Of a stretch of 64,000 nt of DNA, positions 62,905 to 64,000 are shown in pieces. The first letter of the stretch is position 1. Each line of letters opens with the position of its first letter. A model generated the notes under the pieces. The model did not search any database. It was not told where the DNA came from and was given only the letters and a program-made list of their open reading frames with translations. The position numbers were made by a program, and so were the translations under genes. Source of the DNA: Patescibacteria group bacterium (GTDB lineage: Bacteria > Patescibacteriota > Patescibacteriia > UBA10025 > JAHIVO01); NCBI GenBank assembly GCA_043808365.1, contig JAZDEZ010000021.1, positions 403 to 64,402 of the forward strand, given 5' to 3'.

Positions 62905-62912
62905 ATGTCTGG

Positions 62913-62983
62913 AATATAGCAGGTCTTATTATGCTTGTCAATAAGTCCGTAAAACTTGACAAGAACAGCAGGGGGCATATACT
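62913..62983. promoter_or_regulatory. Divergent face-to-face promoters sharing an inverted repeat (candidate operator)
   Basis: - The inverted repeat is CTTGTCAA (62934-62941) and TTGACAAG (62956-62963).
- Plus strand: TTGACA-N16-TATACT.
- Minus strand: TTGACA-N17-TATATT (62941 to 62913), ending 8 nt before the repressor ATG at 62904, a leaderless-type start. Confidence 0.65.
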
Positions 62984-63022
62984 TAATAATGATTAAGGGC
63001 GCATGAGTGCTCATTTTCGGGC

Positions 63023-63403
63023 ATGGTCGACATGCTAACCCTGCAATCTCCTAATCAACTAAAAGGCGTTATTTCCATGATTCGCGATTACCAGGGCAAC
63101 TACGTTTACAGCCAGAAGGTCATTTCTGAGTGGAATTCCACTGCAATAGGGGTTTACTACTGCGGTATTCCTACTCAGCCTGGCAACCTCAAACCGCTTT
63201 ATATCGGTAAAGGAACGGGCGAGGGCGGAATGCGTGCACGATTGTTGACGCATCTCCGTAATGATAACTGGCCTGACGTTACCCATTTTGGGTACCGTAT
63301 CTGTGATTCCGTCAAAGAAGCTGACGACTTTGAGGCATCAGAGATCAAACGTTGCCAACCCAAATACAACCAGGTCGGGAAGACTTTTGGTCGTACTTGG
63401 TAG
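63023..63403 (+). CDS. GIY-YIG nuclease domain protein (126 aa)
   Basis: GVYYCGI..LYIGKG..MRARL..H..EASEIKRCQPKYN matches the order GIY / YIG / Arg / Glu / Asn. Confidence 0.7.
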   Translation: MVDMLTLQSPNQLKGVISMIRDYQGNYVYSQKVISEWNSTAIGVYYCGIPTQPGNLKPLYIGKGTGEGGMRARLLTHLRNDNWPDVTHFGYRICDSVKEADDFEASEIKRCQPKYNQVGKTFGRTW

Positions 63404-63415
63404 TTTTCAGTGAGG

Positions 63416-63447
63416 AGAGGGGAGTTATTACACACTCCCCTCTTTTC
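63416..63447 (+). terminator. Rho-independent terminator after the GIY-YIG gene
   Basis: Stem AGAGGGGAG / CTCCCCTCT followed by TTT. Confidence 0.65.
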
Positions 63448-63520
63448 CGCAGTTGCACAATAAGTATAACACATGTATACTATAGTTAGCAACGATAAAA
63501 CAAGCATTTATACTCAAGAT

Positions 63521-64000
63521 ATGCAATATCTTAATTCAAATAAAATTTATCATGGACGCTCGGAAGAGCTAATGAAAAGAATTGCACCCGGTTCAGTAGC
63601 ACTTAGCTTTTGGTCACCACCCTACTTCGTAGGGAAAGATTACGAGAAGGACGAGACTTTTAACAGCTGGCAAACAATGCTGAAATCTGTCATCCAGAGA
63701 CATTTTGATGTTTTGAAACCTGGTGGCTTCATGGTTATAAATATTGCTGACATTCTCTGTTTTGAGGATGAAAATATTCCTCGCTTCCAGGCAATGAATA
63801 TATCCGCTCAAAAATCTAAAGTAACGCGAGAAATGGTATTAGAGGCTAAGACAAAACATCCAGGTTATGACAAGTATCAGCTTGCGGAGTTGTTAGGCTG
63901 TAGTGAGCAAACAATAGATCGACGTTTGAATGGAAATAATATTCGCGGTGGTAAGTATCTGAACCAAACTAGGGTAAAGTTGGTCGGAGGCAATCTTGAA
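63521..64000 (+). CDS. N4/N6 DNA methyltransferase (beta-class, SPPY motif), 3' end beyond the window; not in the ORF track
   Basis: The ATG at 63521 opens a frame that runs to the window end. Translation begins MQYLNSNKIYHGRSEELMKRIAPGSVALSFWSPPYFVGKDY..LKPGGFMVINI. An HTH-like segment QLAELLGCSEQTIDRRL is present. Confidence 0.7.
   Translation, partial: MQYLNSNKIYHGRSEELMKRIAPGSVALSFWSPPYFVGKDYEKDETFNSWQTMLKSVIQRHFDVLKPGGFMVINIADILCFEDENIPRFQAMNISAQKSKVTREMVLEAKTKHPGYDKYQLAELLGCSEQTIDRRLNGNNIRGGKYLNQTRVKLVGGNLE

Noticed and set aside
1-64000. CRISPR arrays, rRNA/tRNA genes, transposases/IS elements, recoded genetic code (UGA sense)
   Set aside because: - No regularly spaced short direct repeats were seen, and no rRNA- or tRNA-like conserved strings.
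- No DDE or serine/tyrosine recombinase motifs appear in any ORF.
- Long housekeeping ORFs are intact under the standard code with UGA used as a stop.

Overview
This is a gene-dense bacterial chromosomal window in the standard genetic code, since long ORFs are intact. I saw no rRNA, tRNA, CRISPR array, transposase or reverse transcriptase.

Core content:
- The replication-origin neighbourhood has rpmH-rnpA-yidD-yidC diverging from dnaA-dnaN (38.7-43.1 kb), with DnaA-box-like 9-mers in both flanking intergenic regions.
- Housekeeping genes include valS, tyrS, tsaD, tsaE, ruvC, a YebC-family gene, galU, a class A PBP and a PilB/GspE-type ATPase.
- A tightly packed 9-gene alpha-glucan/glycogen operon spans 23.0-32.2 kb. 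It has GH15, two GlgA, two GH57, an APH-like kinase and a GalT-like HIT enzyme.
- A cell-envelope block spans 9.6-20.4 kb. It has a solute-binding protein, three TrbC/VirB2-like pilin paralogues (one carrying a huge Cys-rich repeat domain), and four consecutive polytopic GT-C-like membrane proteins.
- A probable independent ncRNA gene lies on the minus strand at 7.07-7.51 kb and is a candidate RNase P RNA.

Accessory content:
- A surface-protein cluster at 1.7-7.0 kb has three transcription units that share an upstream motif.
- An AT-rich cassette at 37.0-38.6 kb is bracketed by about 80-bp direct repeats.
- An AT-rich island at 60.9-64.0 kb carries a LexA-like S24 repressor / trypsin-like protease / unknown-protein operon. 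It diverges from a GIY-YIG nuclease gene and a DNA methyltransferase gene that runs off the window.

The gene content (pilin-like genes, GT-C arrays, GH57/GH15 glycogen genes, small operons) is reminiscent of small-genome Patescibacteria/CPR bacteria. That is inference only. All functional calls come from motif recognition by eye, and no searches were run.
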